A DNA stretch of 64,000 nt from Octopus bimaculoides (Eukaryota). How positions within the stretch are numbered: the first letter of the stretch is position 1; each line of letters begins with the position of its first letter. Below are positions 25,616-39,000 of this stretch, piece by piece. The position numbers were made by a program, and so were the translations under genes. The stretch is from the NCBI RefSeq assembly GCF_001194135.2, contig NC_068989.1, positions 52,882,967-52,946,966 on the forward strand, written 5' to 3'. The notes under the pieces were generated by a model. It saw only the letters and a program-made list of their open reading frames with translations, was not told the origin of the DNA and did no database searches.

Positions 25616-27410
25616 GTACCTATATATATGGCTAATATATTTTTTATTTACATTTGTTAACATATTAATCAGTCTAATATTCCTTATGATTATGTAATGT
25701 AATAGGACTCAAGGTAAGTCTGGCGTATAACCCCGCTGGTTGTTCTGAATATATTTTATCCTGGCTGGTGTTTGTCTATTGACCATATCGATTTCATTTC
25801 TTAAATCTTGGTTACTACATTATGCAACATGTAAATTTGGGGGATGTCTTTTAAAGCTGTCCATATACACAGAGTATAACTCTAGTTTACTTTAGTTTAT
25901 GTTAGTCTGATTAATTTCTTCTCTTTTGAATAGATTCTTTTTAAAGATATGTTTATTCCATAAAGAAGCTGTCTTCTGCAGTTGCAACACTGACTGTCGC
26001 CTGCTAGGATGTCTATTTTCTGGAATATTTCTTATTTATTTTAACCATGGAAAGTAGTTTCGTTTTCAAAGCCCACACCATCGCTGCTTCTAATCACTCC
26101 TAATGCGTTCCACAAGACTGCCTTTCTATAAGATTCTCACAAAGCCTATGTTTTCTTAATATTAACTTGCATGTATTTAAAATTTAACGTCAGCTGCATC
26201 CTTTTTCACCAAGCTATCCCTACCATCACCAAAAAAGGAGAGAAATAATTCAGTGTTCAAATTCATGTGTTGTATAGAAAATTTATTTCTGAAGAAAGGA
26301 AGATAGATGGAAGAGTGGCAGATGCACTATATAAGAAGTTGTTTAAAATATATCGAAAGAAAAATATCTATCAAGTCGATATTAAATTGAAATTTTATCT
26401 TCTTGAAACAAAGCTTATATTCATTTTATTGTAATTTTACAAAAAATGTGATTCCTGTTTTAGGATAAATTCAAGATAAGATATTAGCGAAATTAATCTT
26501 TGAAAGAAAATAATTTGGGGAGCTCTCTATACTGGTATTACAAAAAATACCAGAAGATAGCAACGTTTTGAAGCGTATGAAATAAACTACAGCTAAGATT
26601 TGAAAACCCTTCATGAGTGAGAAAAAAAAAATATAAGTAATAATCAATCATGTACTTATCAATAAGGAAGAAACGGTAACAAAGTTATGAGTGATAAAAA
26701 GAAGTGTAAATGATTAATTTTTAACTATTACATATGAAATACAAGGAAATATAATTATGATTAACATAAAACTAAAGATATGACTACGCAAGGGAGATAA
26801 CAAACAGAACTCTATAAACATTTTAGCGAATAAGAATGGAGAAAAAGTTTAAAGTTGATACTGTACAATAATTATGGAAGTTTTTCGATGCAAAATTATA
26901 TCGATAATGAATTCAACTGTTTTACTTGTAAAATCTTTCAGAATAAGGAACACGGCAAAGCCATTTGTTATTTATTATATGTTAACAATTCTCATTCATT
27001 ATATTTTGTGCAATTGTTATCATGCAGGATAAAAATAACAATTATACAACAACAACGAAAATACAAAATAAACAAATTTAGGTAACATGAACGTTTCATA
27101 GAGGAGTAAATTACAGAGATGTATCAAAAACGTAAAATACAATCATTTTAATATTGAATAAGTCCGTATGCAAACCATTATGGAAACGATTACACGAACT
27201 TAGCACTTTGGACTGTATGCAAGGAGTAACGAAAGTGCCTTTACATGACGACTAAACTCAAATAACAATCAACATTTCCCCTTATCTTCATCCTAATGTC
27301 TTAAAAAGAGAAAAGTAACATTGCATACTGTATTCCCAGTTATAATAAGCCTTAAAAAAACAGACAGAATGGTCACACTGGGATGGCATTGCTCATTAGT
27401 ATACGCAATA

Positions 27411-27915
27411 GGCGCGGGCGTGATTGTGTGGTAAGAAACTTGCTTCCCAACCACATGGTTCCGGGTTCAGTCCCACTGTGTGGGACCTTGGGCAGTTGTC
27501 TTCTACTTCTACTATATATAGCCTCGGGTGGAATAATGCCTTGAGTGGATTTGGTCGACGGAAAATAAAAGAAATTTGTATACATATGTGTATGTGTGTG
27601 TGTGTGTGTGTGTGTGTATTTGTGTGTGTGTGTGTTTGTGTGTGCGTTTGTGCGTGTGTGTGTGTGTGTGTGTGTGCATGTGTGTATGTGTTTGTGTGTA
27701 TGTGTGTGTGTGTGTGTGACCACTCCTTGACAACAAGTGCTGTGTTTGCATCCCCGTAACTTAACAGTTCGGCAAAAGTGACCGATAGGATAAGTATCAT
27801 GCTTAAAAAAAGAAGTACTGAGTTCGATTCATTCATTCGACTAAAAATTCCAAGCAGTGTCCCAGCATGGCCACAGTCTAATGACTGAAACAAGCTAAAT
27901 GTAAAAGACAAAAGA
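27411..27915 (+). mobile_element. Full-length tRNA-derived SINE family C with internal (TG)n microsatellite
   Basis: Head GGCGCGGGCGTGATTGTGTGGTAAGAAACTTGC...GGGTTCAGTCCC (A/B boxes), CCTTGGGCAG..GTCTTCTAC segment, (TG)n at ~27585-27720, 3' half CCCCGTAACTTAACAGTTCGGCAAAAGTGACCGATAG...ATGACTGAAACAAG. Confidence 0.9.
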
Positions 27916-28370
27916 ATCATTTCTGACCTGAGACAAACAACATTAGTCAAATAACAATTGGAAAATACTTAAAACTTTTGTTAAATAATATTTGAAAGAT
28001 ATAGAAATGCACATATCTCTACAATTACTTTCCACTTAGAGACGCCATTCCAGGATTCTATTCACGAATTCACACAAGCAAGTTAGAAATTCTTTAATTG
28101 CATACAAAGAATATATAATAGGATCATTTTAGCGTAAATAAACAAGACGTTTGGAACAAAAGGGAAATGAATATGGAAACAACTAAAATTCTGTAAGAAA
28201 ATGTGCCATGAATACTGAAAATTCCAAATACGTATCTTAATAAACCAGTCTGTTAAATCAGTTTATCTTACAGCAATTAAAATTAACACGAGACTTAACC
28301 CAATATAGGTATCCGTATATATATATATATATATATATATACACGTACATGTACGTGTACGAATATGTAC

Positions 28371-28413
<43 letters not shown>

Positions 28414-28871
28414 CATGTATATATATATTAAACATACATAATGTATAAAATACACGTGTGTACATATATATATATATATATGCGCATGCATATATGTCTG
28501 TGTATGGGTGTATATGTATGTAAGTGTGGGTGTATGTATTTATGTATGTATATATGTATATATGTGTGTATACGAGAATATCTACGATAAAATGTTTACA
28601 AGAAACTGCCATCCAATTAGCATACTAAGTTTTAAATGAAATTGAACAAAAGAAAATATCTCAAATGATCCAATAGCGTAGATTTAAATTTTCATACTGA
28701 AATGAATGTCTAATCTTTGTTAGTTAGTATGATGTCAACAACGGATATGTTTTGGCATTGTTAGACCTTATAAGAGGAGCATAATCTACACGAATTATCT
28801 GTTCCTTTCTTTTTCTGGGTCCCTAATGACTGCTGTTAAATTTCATGATATCTGAAATAAAAAAGCATTTC

Positions 28872-29018
28872 ATCTTTTATTTGCTTCAGTCATTATACTG
28901 TGGCCTACTGGAGCATCGCCTTCAAGAATTTTTAGTTGAATTAATCGACCCCAGGGCCTATTTTTGTGTAAGCCTTGTACTTGTCCTATGGATATTTTGC
29001 CGGACCGCTAAGTTACGG
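28872..29018 (-). mobile_element. SINE family C 3' half, cut by a gap
   Basis: TTTTATTTGCTTCAGTCATT...CTGGAGCATCGCC...TCGACCCCAGG...CCGCTAAGTTACGG. Confidence 0.82.
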
Positions 29019-29639
29019 NNNNNNNNNNNNNNNNNNNNNNNNNNNNNNNNNNNNNNNNNNNNNNNNNNNNNNNNNNNNNNNNNNNNNNNNNNNNNNNNNN
29101 NNNNNNNNNNNNNNNNNNNNNNNNNNNNNNNNNNNNNNNNNNNNNNNNNNNNNNNNNNNNNNNNNNNNNNNNNNNNNNNNNNNNNNNNNNNNNNNNNNNN
29201 NNNNNNNNNNNNNNNNNNNNNNNNNNNNNNNNNNNNNNNNNNNNNNNNNNNNNNNNNNNNNNNNNNNNNNNNNNNNNNNNNNNNNNNNNNNNNNNNNNNN
29301 NNNNNNNNNNNNNNNNNNNNNNNNNNNNNNNNNNNNNNNNNNNNNNNNNNNNNNNNNNNNNNNNNNNNNNNNNNNNNNNNNNNNNNNNNNNNNNNNNNNN
29401 NNNNNNNNNNNNNNNNNNNNNNNNNNNNNNNNNNNNNNNNNNNNNNNNNNNNNNNNNNNNNNNNNNNNNNNNNNNNNNNNNNNNNNNNNNNNNNNNNNNN
29501 NNNNNNNNNNNNNNNNNNNNNNNNNNNNNNNNNNNNNNNNNNNNNNNNNNNNNNNNNNNNNNNNNNNNNNNNNNNNNNNNNNNNNNNNNNNNNNNNNNNN
29601 NNGTTTCTTTGTTTCTTTATCTATTTATAGATTTTGGAA

Positions 29640-29855
29640 AGCGGCGATCTGACAGAATCCTTAGCCCACTGGACGAAATGCTTAGTGCTATTTCGTCTGT
29701 CTTTACGTTCTGTGTTCAAATTCCGCTGAGGTCGACTTTGCTTTTCAGCCTTTCGGGATCTATAAATTAAGTACCAGCGAAACACTGTTGTCGATGTAAT
29801 CGACTAGTCCCCGTCCCCAAAATTTCAAGGCCTTGTGCCTTCAGTAGAAAGGATT
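29640..29855 (+). mobile_element. SINE family A, full length
   Basis: GCGGCGATCTGACAGAATCCTTAGC...GTTCAAATTCCGCTGAGGTCGACTTTGC...AATTAAGTACCAG...AGTAGAAAGGATT. Confidence 0.9.
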
Positions 29856-32800
29856 CATAGATTTTGGTGTGCATCATTCGGACGCCAACAATTATAGATT
29901 CAGCATAGTAAGTATAGTGTGATATATATATTACAAAGGACAGTCAGCTGAACACATCGTCCCTTGTAACACCCTTATATGATATTTGGATGCTTCTAAC
30001 AAGGTTAACTCCATGATAGCCATACGGATCAGGTCATGATTTCCTCCGCACCCACGTTTTTCTTTCCTGCCGATATTGACATAATGTTCTTAAATCTAGC
30101 CATCATCGCAAAAATCGCCAGTGGAAAAAAGCCACTCATGGGCTATGGTCATTTAAGGACTATGCATACTGTTTCTCCTCTTTTTATAATTTACAGAAAT
30201 AAAGTATATCACCGAAAACTACTAGATTATTAAATAAAACTATTTAGTATACACTGAGTCAGACTTCAGATCCAAAACTTCAACTACGACTTGTTTAACC
30301 TCATTCATATCAGCAACGGTGAAACTTGATATACAAAACGCTTTTAAACATTGTGCATCAGAACCTTCAATTAAAAAACAAAATCTCTACAAAAATATCA
30401 ATTAAAAAATGATTGGTTCATATCATATTTAAATCAAAGAAAACGAATCAGTAATTATTGGCACAATTTCAGACAGAATGGAGATAGAATGTATTGTTCT
30501 TCTGTGTAGCTCTCTTGTTTTTTTGTTTGTTTTTTTTCTATTATTTATCGTTTGTGTCAATGATATACCCAATGGTATTAATTGATGCCAAATCATTTAT
30601 ATTACAAATGATATTGAGGCTTTTTTTCTTCTTTATTTTCACAAATAACTACAAAATAGAAGAGAAAAACCTCTATGAGTAATCTCCGATTAGTGAGTTT
30701 ATAAATAAAAAAAAACAGCAAAATATTCTGAAAGACTAAATTCAACCTCTTGTATACCACAGAGATTATTAACTGTATAATATTATTTAGTGAAAATATT
30801 AGGGGAAATATATTCAAAATTCTCTGCAGAATATTTACGTATTGTGTTCAATGAATCACTTAACTGTAAAGTGGACATAAATAAATTGACAAAAGTTCAA
30901 AATTTCTGTTCAAACATAAATTTACATTGTTATGAAAACAAGAAAAACACAGAGCAAACCACTGATGCAATTGTTATTTCGTCTACTGCAGATTGTTACG
31001 GTTCCTAGGAATAAGTCTAAAAGATTATGTATTATTCAAAGCAAAATTACATAAGCCAGTGAAGAAGCCTCTTTGTGGTGCCTCGATCTGCAAGAAAAAG
31101 CAGGTAAATCTTCTTCATATTACACATCACCGCCTTAAAAATGAAAAGACTCGCTAAGAAAATTGAAATCCAAGTTAGACTGTCCTTAAGAAGGAAAAGA
31201 CAACGGAAGGATATGAGTAGAATGCCTTTAATCACGTGTCTAGGCAGAGCTAACTTTGTGCAAACAACAACAAAAGTAATATTTTTTCAGAAGCTACAGA
31301 AAGGAGTAAATTACCATGTACAATTTAAATTTCCATGTAAATATATTAAGCACAAAACAGTTATACGTTGGATATACATTATAAAAAATAACACTTAAGA
31401 CCACAAATTCTATCTAAGATTAAAGATATGTCTAAGCTCCCACTCTCGATTTTTCATCAGGATTTCTTCCAAAGCCTTTTCTTAGCTGGGTATGTCCGCA
31501 AGACTACGAAGGTTATTTGAAGGCAAAACGTTGAGAATAATAATCTTACATGACTCAGACATAAATTTATATGGAACTATATGGAACGCATATTGTTGAT
31601 TAAATTGATCCCAGAATATCGATGGCAGTTAATATATCGATCTGAGGAGAATGAAGAGTACCATAAACATTGAGCTAGAGTATAAGGTAACATTTGGAGC
31701 TAGAGTATAAGGTAATATATTTGAATACTGAGAGGCATCTGACTAACCATGTATGGGACGTTAGTGATAACTTTGGCGGAAGGGAAGAGCGGAGTACATT
31801 GACACCAGAACAGAACTAATACTATTTTTATCGCTTCGAAAGGTTCTAAGCCCATAATATGAAAACGTGTCACTAATTACACCCTGACGACTTATTCCAT
31901 GCTCAGCCGATTCTGTTGCCTTTCTCTCGTTTGATAGTTATGGTAAACTTAAGAAATTTAATCTTTCGATCGCTTAAAAAGCATCATACGTTTATCGTGT
32001 TAAAGTCTTCAGTGGAGAACACTGTATTGAAAGTATTCAGATCAGGTCTTTGATCTGAAAATAACCAATAGTCTTAGGTTCTTCTTCCCAATTCCCTACA
32101 CTACCACTAGTTTTAAAACGCTCTGTAAATCGGTCATGAGCGCTGCCCTTCTTCTCCCTCTTGAAAAATCAGACAGAAAAAAGATAATTGCTGGCATTAC
32201 ATATACTAGAAAATCCTTTACATTGACGAGAAGAGTAAAATTCTTGACAGAAGCTATCAGGAAAGCATTCTTCAAAAAGATTTGTGTCATTATTTTTTTC
32301 TTTTCAGGAGAAACCAAATTATGCTTATAATGTCCAATATATATATATATATATATATATANNNNNNNNNNNNNNNNNNNNNNNNNNNNNNNNNNNNNNN
32401 NNNNNNNNNNNNNNNNNNNNNNNNNNNNNNNNNNNNNNNNNNNNNNNNNNNNNNNNNNNNNNNNNNNNNNNNNNNNNNNNNNNNNNTGTTAGTTAGTTAA
32501 ATAGATAGATGTTAACGATATCTATGTATGCATGCATGTATGCATGTGTGTGCATGAATTTATGTATGTGTGTGCATGAATTTATGCATATATTATGACA
32601 CAAAGAATTGTGGGAAAAGAGTTGATTCCTATTTTGTAGAAGCGGAAAACTTCAGTAGCCGCATTTCTGTATTTCTCCTTTCTGATTTTCGAACAGTGCG
32701 AGTAGAAACAACTAGAATACGTAACTTTTCTAAATAGAATTTTAAAAAAAACGCGAAAAATATACTCAAAACAAAAGTACTCAAAAGGAAAAAAAAATGT

Positions 32801-33657
32801 AAACTTGGACATAGCAATTACTTTCAGCAGGCGTTGGAAAGTGTCAGATGATATCGTAACAACTTACAAATTGGCAGTGGAATATCGATGTGGTAACAGA
32901 TGAGAAAATGACTTTGAGAATGTTCCCTATGGTTCCAAGACGCATACAAAATTCAAAGTCAAATATATCATATATCAAAACAAAGAGATCAAATCTAATG
33001 CTGAATACATCTAATGGGCGAAATTTTACGCCACTTCCCTCCGAAGGCCATCATATTCCACTCCACATCGAAAACTGCAAACGTTAAACAAGCTACTAGA
33101 TCTAGACGATCTAAAGGAATTTACTGGCTTTGGTATCTTGAAATTGATTCTGGTAAGGTCCTTTGTATTACTTTGGATTTTTGTTTCGCCCTTTCTATTA
33201 CTCTTCTGATTTACAACAAACATTCTACAGTTGTACGTTTGTTTGTAACCACTTCATTTCTTTCTTCTTTCAGTCTTCAGTGCGTTAGATTATCACTTAA
33301 GTGCAGACATACATACTTTCATCGTTCAATTGTGCAAACAGTCGTATGACTTCACCTATTAACTTCGTATAATGCCGTGTAGTCCCTTCGCATCATTTGG
33401 TTATTTCCTGTCTGTCGGAACTGGCTCCGAGTTGGAAGATATTCAGAAAAATACCCAGAATAAGAGACTTCCGTATTATTCCTGCATTCTTCTATGCTAC
33501 CGAATATTCTTCCTCCAGGCAGTTACTACCGACAAATAAATAGATACATAGTTGTGTACGCGTGTGTGTATAATACACACACACACACAAGCACATATAC
33601 ACACATATATACATACATTTATACATACATACATACATACATATATACATACATACA

Positions 33658-33688
<31 letters not shown>

Positions 33689-34929
33689 GCCGCCGTCAAC
33701 ATCGGACAGCCAGGTGCAGAGGACCTTTTAAAAAGTTCGTTTTAGACGCCTTCCTCTAGAAATATGCCAACTTCTCCAGCCTAAATCAATAACTGGTTTA
33801 TTTCTCCAATAATTAATAAGAGAAACACCTTTTACTCACCAATGTAGCGTTATCCTGAACATATTTTAAAATATACATCTACACCACCTGGAATCTTGCT
33901 AATACGATTATGGCTGAAACTAACACTACCACAAATGAAACTAACAACGTCACCACCGATCTGCGCAGACCCTTACATACTATTTCTGAATTCTAAACTA
34001 CGGTGTTAGTCACTGTTTTAACGCCTTTGGTCGATTAAAAACAATAATAAGGACGCTTGTACGTAAACGTGCCGAACAATCTGATAGAAAAACCAGCTAA
34101 AGCTCTGTAAAAAGCATCTTACTTTCATACATAAAAGAAGGACTCATTAAATGATATACTCCCAGAAATACTAAATCTGAGGAAATGGTCAGCTAGGTTA
34201 CAGTTTAACTTAAGCGAAACAACAAAATGGACAGAGTAAATTATCGGTTAAAATTCAAAACCAGATGTTTGTTTACTTCAATCATATCGTTCTTATTTCG
34301 TTTGGAATCGTAGTAGGAATTCCTACATGGTATTCTCAAGCTGGAGCAAAGAAAATTGATAGCAGTCGGAGAGAAAAGTTAATAAACATTAATTAATCAA
34401 TTCAATTAAGAAACATTAACTTTCAGACACGCTGAGAAGAGTCAATATAGAAATAATATAATTAAACTGACAATAAATTCATGTCTGCATACACACACAG
34501 GGACTCACATATTCATACATACTATACACAGAGAAACACGTCCAAACACCTTGCACACATACATATATATATGCATAACATATGCATACACAGATTACGC
34601 TGTGAAAGTGTATTAGTGAAGATTAAGAGATTGTAATTGGGGTACTTAATTCATTCTGAAGCTCACATTTGTCTCTATGGACTACGGTTCAAATGGTTTT
34701 TCTCTCTGCATACAAGTGAAATGCCAATAACTTTATATTACTACTGAAATTTCTGCACTGATGTAAGACAGAAACAATGCTGCAATAGCAGAAAGAGGAA
34801 GGCCATAATGATAGCTTTGCAGCAGGCGTCTCCGGGCAATTGTCATCGGTCATTCTTGTAAGTTATTACGTCATTCAAAGTTCATTCACAATTATCATTC
34901 TGGTCGTTCTAAGATCTATCAGTCACAGC

Positions 34930-35325
34930 TGCAGGATAGCTCGCTGGTACGACCGCATAAGACCGAAATCCGTCCGGTATTATCAATCGTTGAATCAGTG
35001 TTTCCTCTGTGGCTCTTTATTATGTACGCAGAACAAGAGACTTGAAAAGAAGCCGGACGGTACATACACGAGAATACTTCAAGCAGTTCTCAGTTCTTCT
35101 TGGCAGCAACACCTTACAAAGTAACGACTATGTGACAGCCTTCCTACCATCACCTAAGCAATCACCAATTCACATACAGATACCGGTAGACCAAAAAGCG
35201 CATAAACCGACCAGCTTGTAAAAGACACCTGATATCCAATTGAGGATACGAAGACAGCTATGAAAGATCGCGACGTACGACGTGGAAAAGTTGAATTGTT
35301 CCAAGCAAGTCGTCCGACCGTATAG
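34930..35325 (+). mobile_element. RTE-like LINE 3' fragment (different subfamily)
   Basis: IVESVF(L)CG...KRLEKKPDGTYTRILQAVLSSSWQQHLTK...DTKTAMKDRDVRRGKV, resembling the post-RT ESxLLYG..W..LDGxYTRxLR..W..H and terminal DRxxWR motifs of RTE elements. Confidence 0.7.
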
Positions 35326-36149
35326 GATAGATATATTATCCATCTACTACTAAAATAACACGCTCACTCCTTCATTGTATTCTATATCTTAATACATTTC
35401 CATTAATTAGAAATTTTTTATTGTTGCCATTTTGTTTTGGGTTTTTTGCCATAATCAGTGATTTGCATGCATAATGATTATTTTCATAACTAAAAGTGAG
35501 ATTTTAATTAATTTAAAGTTGATGGCTCATTACGTTACGTATGCTCACATTGGTGTATTAATGGGAAAAAATTACATATGTTTCATTTGTACATAAATAC
35601 ACACACACACGCACGCACACAAACACGCAAACACACACACAAACTCATATACGCGCGCGCAATCAATCGCTTCATGTGTTTGAAGTATCTGCAAATCTTC
35701 AATTGGTTCACTTGATAATGCTGTCAATGGTCTCCCATTAAGTCCATTCAAATATTGCACTTTTCGAGCATGAAACTTGAAGTAGGTCAGATAACTCATC
35801 CGCATTCATTAAATATAGTATATGCATATGTGTGCGTATGTGCGTGTGTGTGTGTGCGTACGTATTTATGTGTGTGTTCATGTGTTTATGCGCGCGCGTA
35901 TGTGTGTGAGAGCATATGTGTGCGTGGTGTAGTGTAGTGTAAAACCTTTCAGTGAAAGATATAGAGAAATATTCGTCTAAGTATGTATTGACTACATCAT
36001 TTTTGTGAGGGGCACTAAAGGTCATATAAGACTTACATTTCCAGTAAAAACAAAAAAGACTTGATTTACTGCTCCACTACTTGAAGATTTCGTTTTGCAA
36101 CACTGTGCCTGGAACAAATATAAAATTACAAAGACAAAAATATTCCATT

Positions 36150-36890
36150 TCATATTCGACTGATCGTAGATAATGCGCTTTGTCATCTAAAATCTCTGTA
36201 GCATTACCATCCATATGTTAGCTTACTGCTTATGACGCCAAATACGTGACTTTTGCAACTAAAAGATCAATGTATTATTGCAACGATATTGCAACATTTA
36301 ATGCGTTATATCCTTGGCGCACATTTGTTCAGTAACAAATGTTATTGATGAGAAAAGAGGGCCAACTCTAAAGGAAATTTAGAAATCCTTCAATGGTTTG
36401 GAAGCAGTAAAAATAATGAAAGGAACCAGGAACAAATTACAGAGACAAAATATGAAAGACTCTTGGAACAAACTCTGCCCTCAATTTATTGATAATGGCA
36501 TTTGAAGAACCAGCAGATGTTCGAAATGAAACAGAAGCGATCGATGATATTACTAATCAATTGCACCTTCATGTTTCTACGAATGACAAATGATCTGTAT
36601 CAGTCGCACAAGTAAGAGCTCACAAAGGAAGACCTCATTAAAATGAAAAGCTTGACGAGATGAAGAATTAGATCTAAAAAAAAATAAAAATAGGAGACTC
36701 CTGTTTTCTTCTTCACTCTTAAAGGGTTGCTTGATAAAACTTTTTCATGCGTTCAAAAACCAACGCAGATTTTCGTGTCCCAAGACTTATATTTCGAAGC
36801 CAATAAAATAATTACAAACTATTCTAGAAGCTAGATTTAAATAAATCTATTAACGTGTGTTTGCGTGACATCTATAAACAGTTAGACAAA
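36150..36890 (+). mobile_element. Tigger/pogo (CENP-B-type DDE) transposase relic
   Basis: Broken frames give IVDNAL.H...HP.V...PNT..LLQ.KDQCIIAT, GPTLKEI.KSFNGLEAVKI, MKDSWNKLCPQFID, ELTKEDLIKM and CLRDIYKQ, resembling Tigger DDE and C-terminal motifs. Confidence 0.68.
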
Positions 36891-37290
36891 AAGAAGTCAG
36901 TCATCGAAGCAATGAATTGTTGAAGAATCTATGCAGAAAAGCGACTCCTACGTCAAGCGAACTAAACACGACAAAGCAACATAATTAAAGCGATATTTAA
37001 TTATGATTTCTAAGCCTAAAATGTTACTTAATTTCTCCTTAACAATTATAGGCAATTTTTGAGACCAAATATCTTCAGCAAGACTGAAAGTGCCACTCAT
37101 AATACTATTTCTAAGCGAATAAGCCTCCTTCTTGAAGGTCTGTTAATGCTTGAACATTTGGTATCAATTGAAACGTTACGTTGTATAGACACATACATGT
37201 ATACATTCTTACACACCACACACACACAGATATATATAAGAAAAGATATAAATAATGGTCATTACGTATTTTTCTTTATTCTTTTTTCTT

Positions 37291-37497
37291 TTTTACTTGT
37301 TTCAGTCATTTGACTGCGGACATACTGGAGCACCGCCTTTAGTCTAACAATTCGACCCCAGGATTTATTCGTTGTTACAAACCTAGTACGTGATCTATCG
37401 GTCACTTTTGCTGAACCGCTAAGTTATGGGGACGTAAACACACCAACATCGGGTGTCAAGCGAAGGCGAAGAGACAAACACAGGCACAAACACACAA
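37291..37497 (-). mobile_element. SINE family C 3' half
   Basis: TTTTACTTGTTTCAGTCATTTGACTGCGG...CTGGAGCACCGCC...CCGCTAAGTTATGGGGACGTAAACACACCAACATCG. Confidence 0.88.
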
Positions 37498-37702
37498 CGT
37501 GACATGGACGATTTTAAGTAGAGCATCGCCTTACAGGCATGGTGCCCATAAAAGACCAATGAAATGTGAGTTGTGTTTGTTGGAAAAGCTGCATATCTTA
37601 TTCCAAGATAAGAAAGCTCTGAACCAAAGACGCGAACTTTTAAATTCATGTAGACATGCGTCCAAATTTAAAATGTCGGCGAATAACATACCATATGGGT
37701 AG
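37498..37702 (+). mobile_element. Penelope-like element (Neptune-type), C-terminal end of the GIY-YIG endonuclease ORF
   Basis: WTILSRASPYRHG...KCELCLLEKLHILFQDKKALNQRRELLNSCRHASKFKM matches the PLE terminal W.I...CxLCLxEK...LN.R.EL...CRH motif. Confidence 0.78.
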
Positions 37703-37970
37703 TATATATATTTGTTTATATATTTGACTCCTCGTAATCATTGTGCAATCTTACTATTGGATCGGTACCGCATTATAAATTATTAATTTAGCGTTGCAAG
37801 AATATTGTATAGAACCCTACGTCATTTTAAGAAAACCTTCGACTGGTATATGCATAGTTTTTATTTTTTCTTGTTTTACTTTATTTTATTCTATTCTATT
37901 TGTATTTATTTTAAAACACTGTGTAAACAAATTTAACCGTTTCTATGGACGGTTCGATATAAGGAATTCC

Positions 37971-39000
37971 ATTATGCATATATTTTTGCCCAATTTTAAC
38001 TTTTATACACCCAGCAATTTCTTAAAAAGTTGTCTACATATATACGCCGAAACCTAAAAGATTTTTATGTGGATGTCTGTATTGTAACAATGCTTACGTA
38101 TTCGAATGTATGCGTCTATGCTTACGTATAGAGCCTAGGTTTCCACTTGTGCACATACAGTTATGATTTCGCGTGTGCGCGTTTTTATATATGCATGGGT
38201 AAGAGTGTATGCTTATATTTATTTACACATACATGCATTTATTCGTGTGTGTGCATCTATGTTATATATGGGAATGTGCGCTCAGGTTTGCGCTCACACA
38301 TACTTGAATTGTGTGCATACGCATGTATACAATTATGTTTGTAAGTGTTTGCGTACATATCCCCATATATATCTATATACGTGATGCTAATATACATGTT
38401 TGTATACACATATATACGTAGCCCAATTTTGTGTACGTTTGTTATATACGCTACATTCCCTTCTTGCTTGCTTTCCTTCTTTCTCCCTTTCTTTCTCTAT
38501 TTCTTTCTTCCCTTCCTCCTTTCTCTCCTTTCTTCCTTTCTGTCTTTCTTTCTTTCTTCCTTTCCTTCCTCACGATAGCCACACTTTCTCTCTTTCTATA
38601 TTAGTACGTTCTTATCGATATGTTACCCCCCCCTCTACTTCATAAGTCAAGATACATGTTTTGTTACCAACGCGTCATATTTTGCGTGCGCGAGCTTGAC
38701 TGCGTGTATATGTGTATGTGTATACATGCGTATTCATGCATGTATTTGTGTCTTGAAAATATATACCTATATACGTAGATTGTCTATACGTATGCATCTG
38801 TGTATTTTGTTGTATACATATATGTTGTAGATAGTCTAGTATGCGTATATACTGTTGTAATCTTATTTTATTTTATTTTAATGTGTTAATTCGAATATAA
38901 TTAATTATTTACAATATGTATTTTGAGCCCATTTTTTTATTTAAGGTTTTCTTCGATTTTTTTTTTTAAATAGGATGAATATATATTAAATTCATTTGTC
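37971..39000 (+). repeat. ~1 kb TG/TA-rich interspersed repeat, copy 1 (probable PLE 3' pseudo-LTR)
   Basis: Collinear with 44102-45955 (e.g. GTTATGATTTCG, CCTATATACGTAGATTGTCT, GTTAATTCGAATATAATTAATTAT, GAGCCCATTTTT.TATTTAAGGTTTTCTTCGAT). Lies just downstream of the PLE ORF end. Confidence 0.75.

Noticed and set aside
31051-31104. Overlapping exon-like signals: minus-strand IEAPQRGFFTGL after a strong acceptor, and a plus-strand frame ending CAG|GTAAAT
   Set aside because: Both are very short and mutually competing. The faint resemblance to the tomosyn EAPNRGFFKGL motif is not supported by flanking sequence.
32060-32175. Minus-strand HDRFTERFKTSGSVG..., faintly like a Tc1/mariner N-terminal KF..TGSV motif
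   Set aside because: Too short and diverged, with no TIRs or catalytic region.
35342-35360. A|TCTACTACTAAAATAAC, resembling a Helitron 5' terminus
   Set aside because: I could not find a matching hairpin plus CTRR 3' end or a second copy in the window.
37135-37190. Hammerhead-like arrangement CTGTTAA...TTGA/TCAA...GAAACGTTACGT
   Set aside because: The core is mutated and stem I is missing, which is compatible with chance.
38018-38075. Possible eroded hammerhead ribozyme (TTAAAAAG...CCGAAAC; counterpart TTAAGAAG...CTGAAAT at ~44150-44195) in the putative PLE pLTR
   Set aside because: The CUGANGA core is not intact in either copy and stems II and III do not pair convincingly. It would need a consensus and a covariance-model search.
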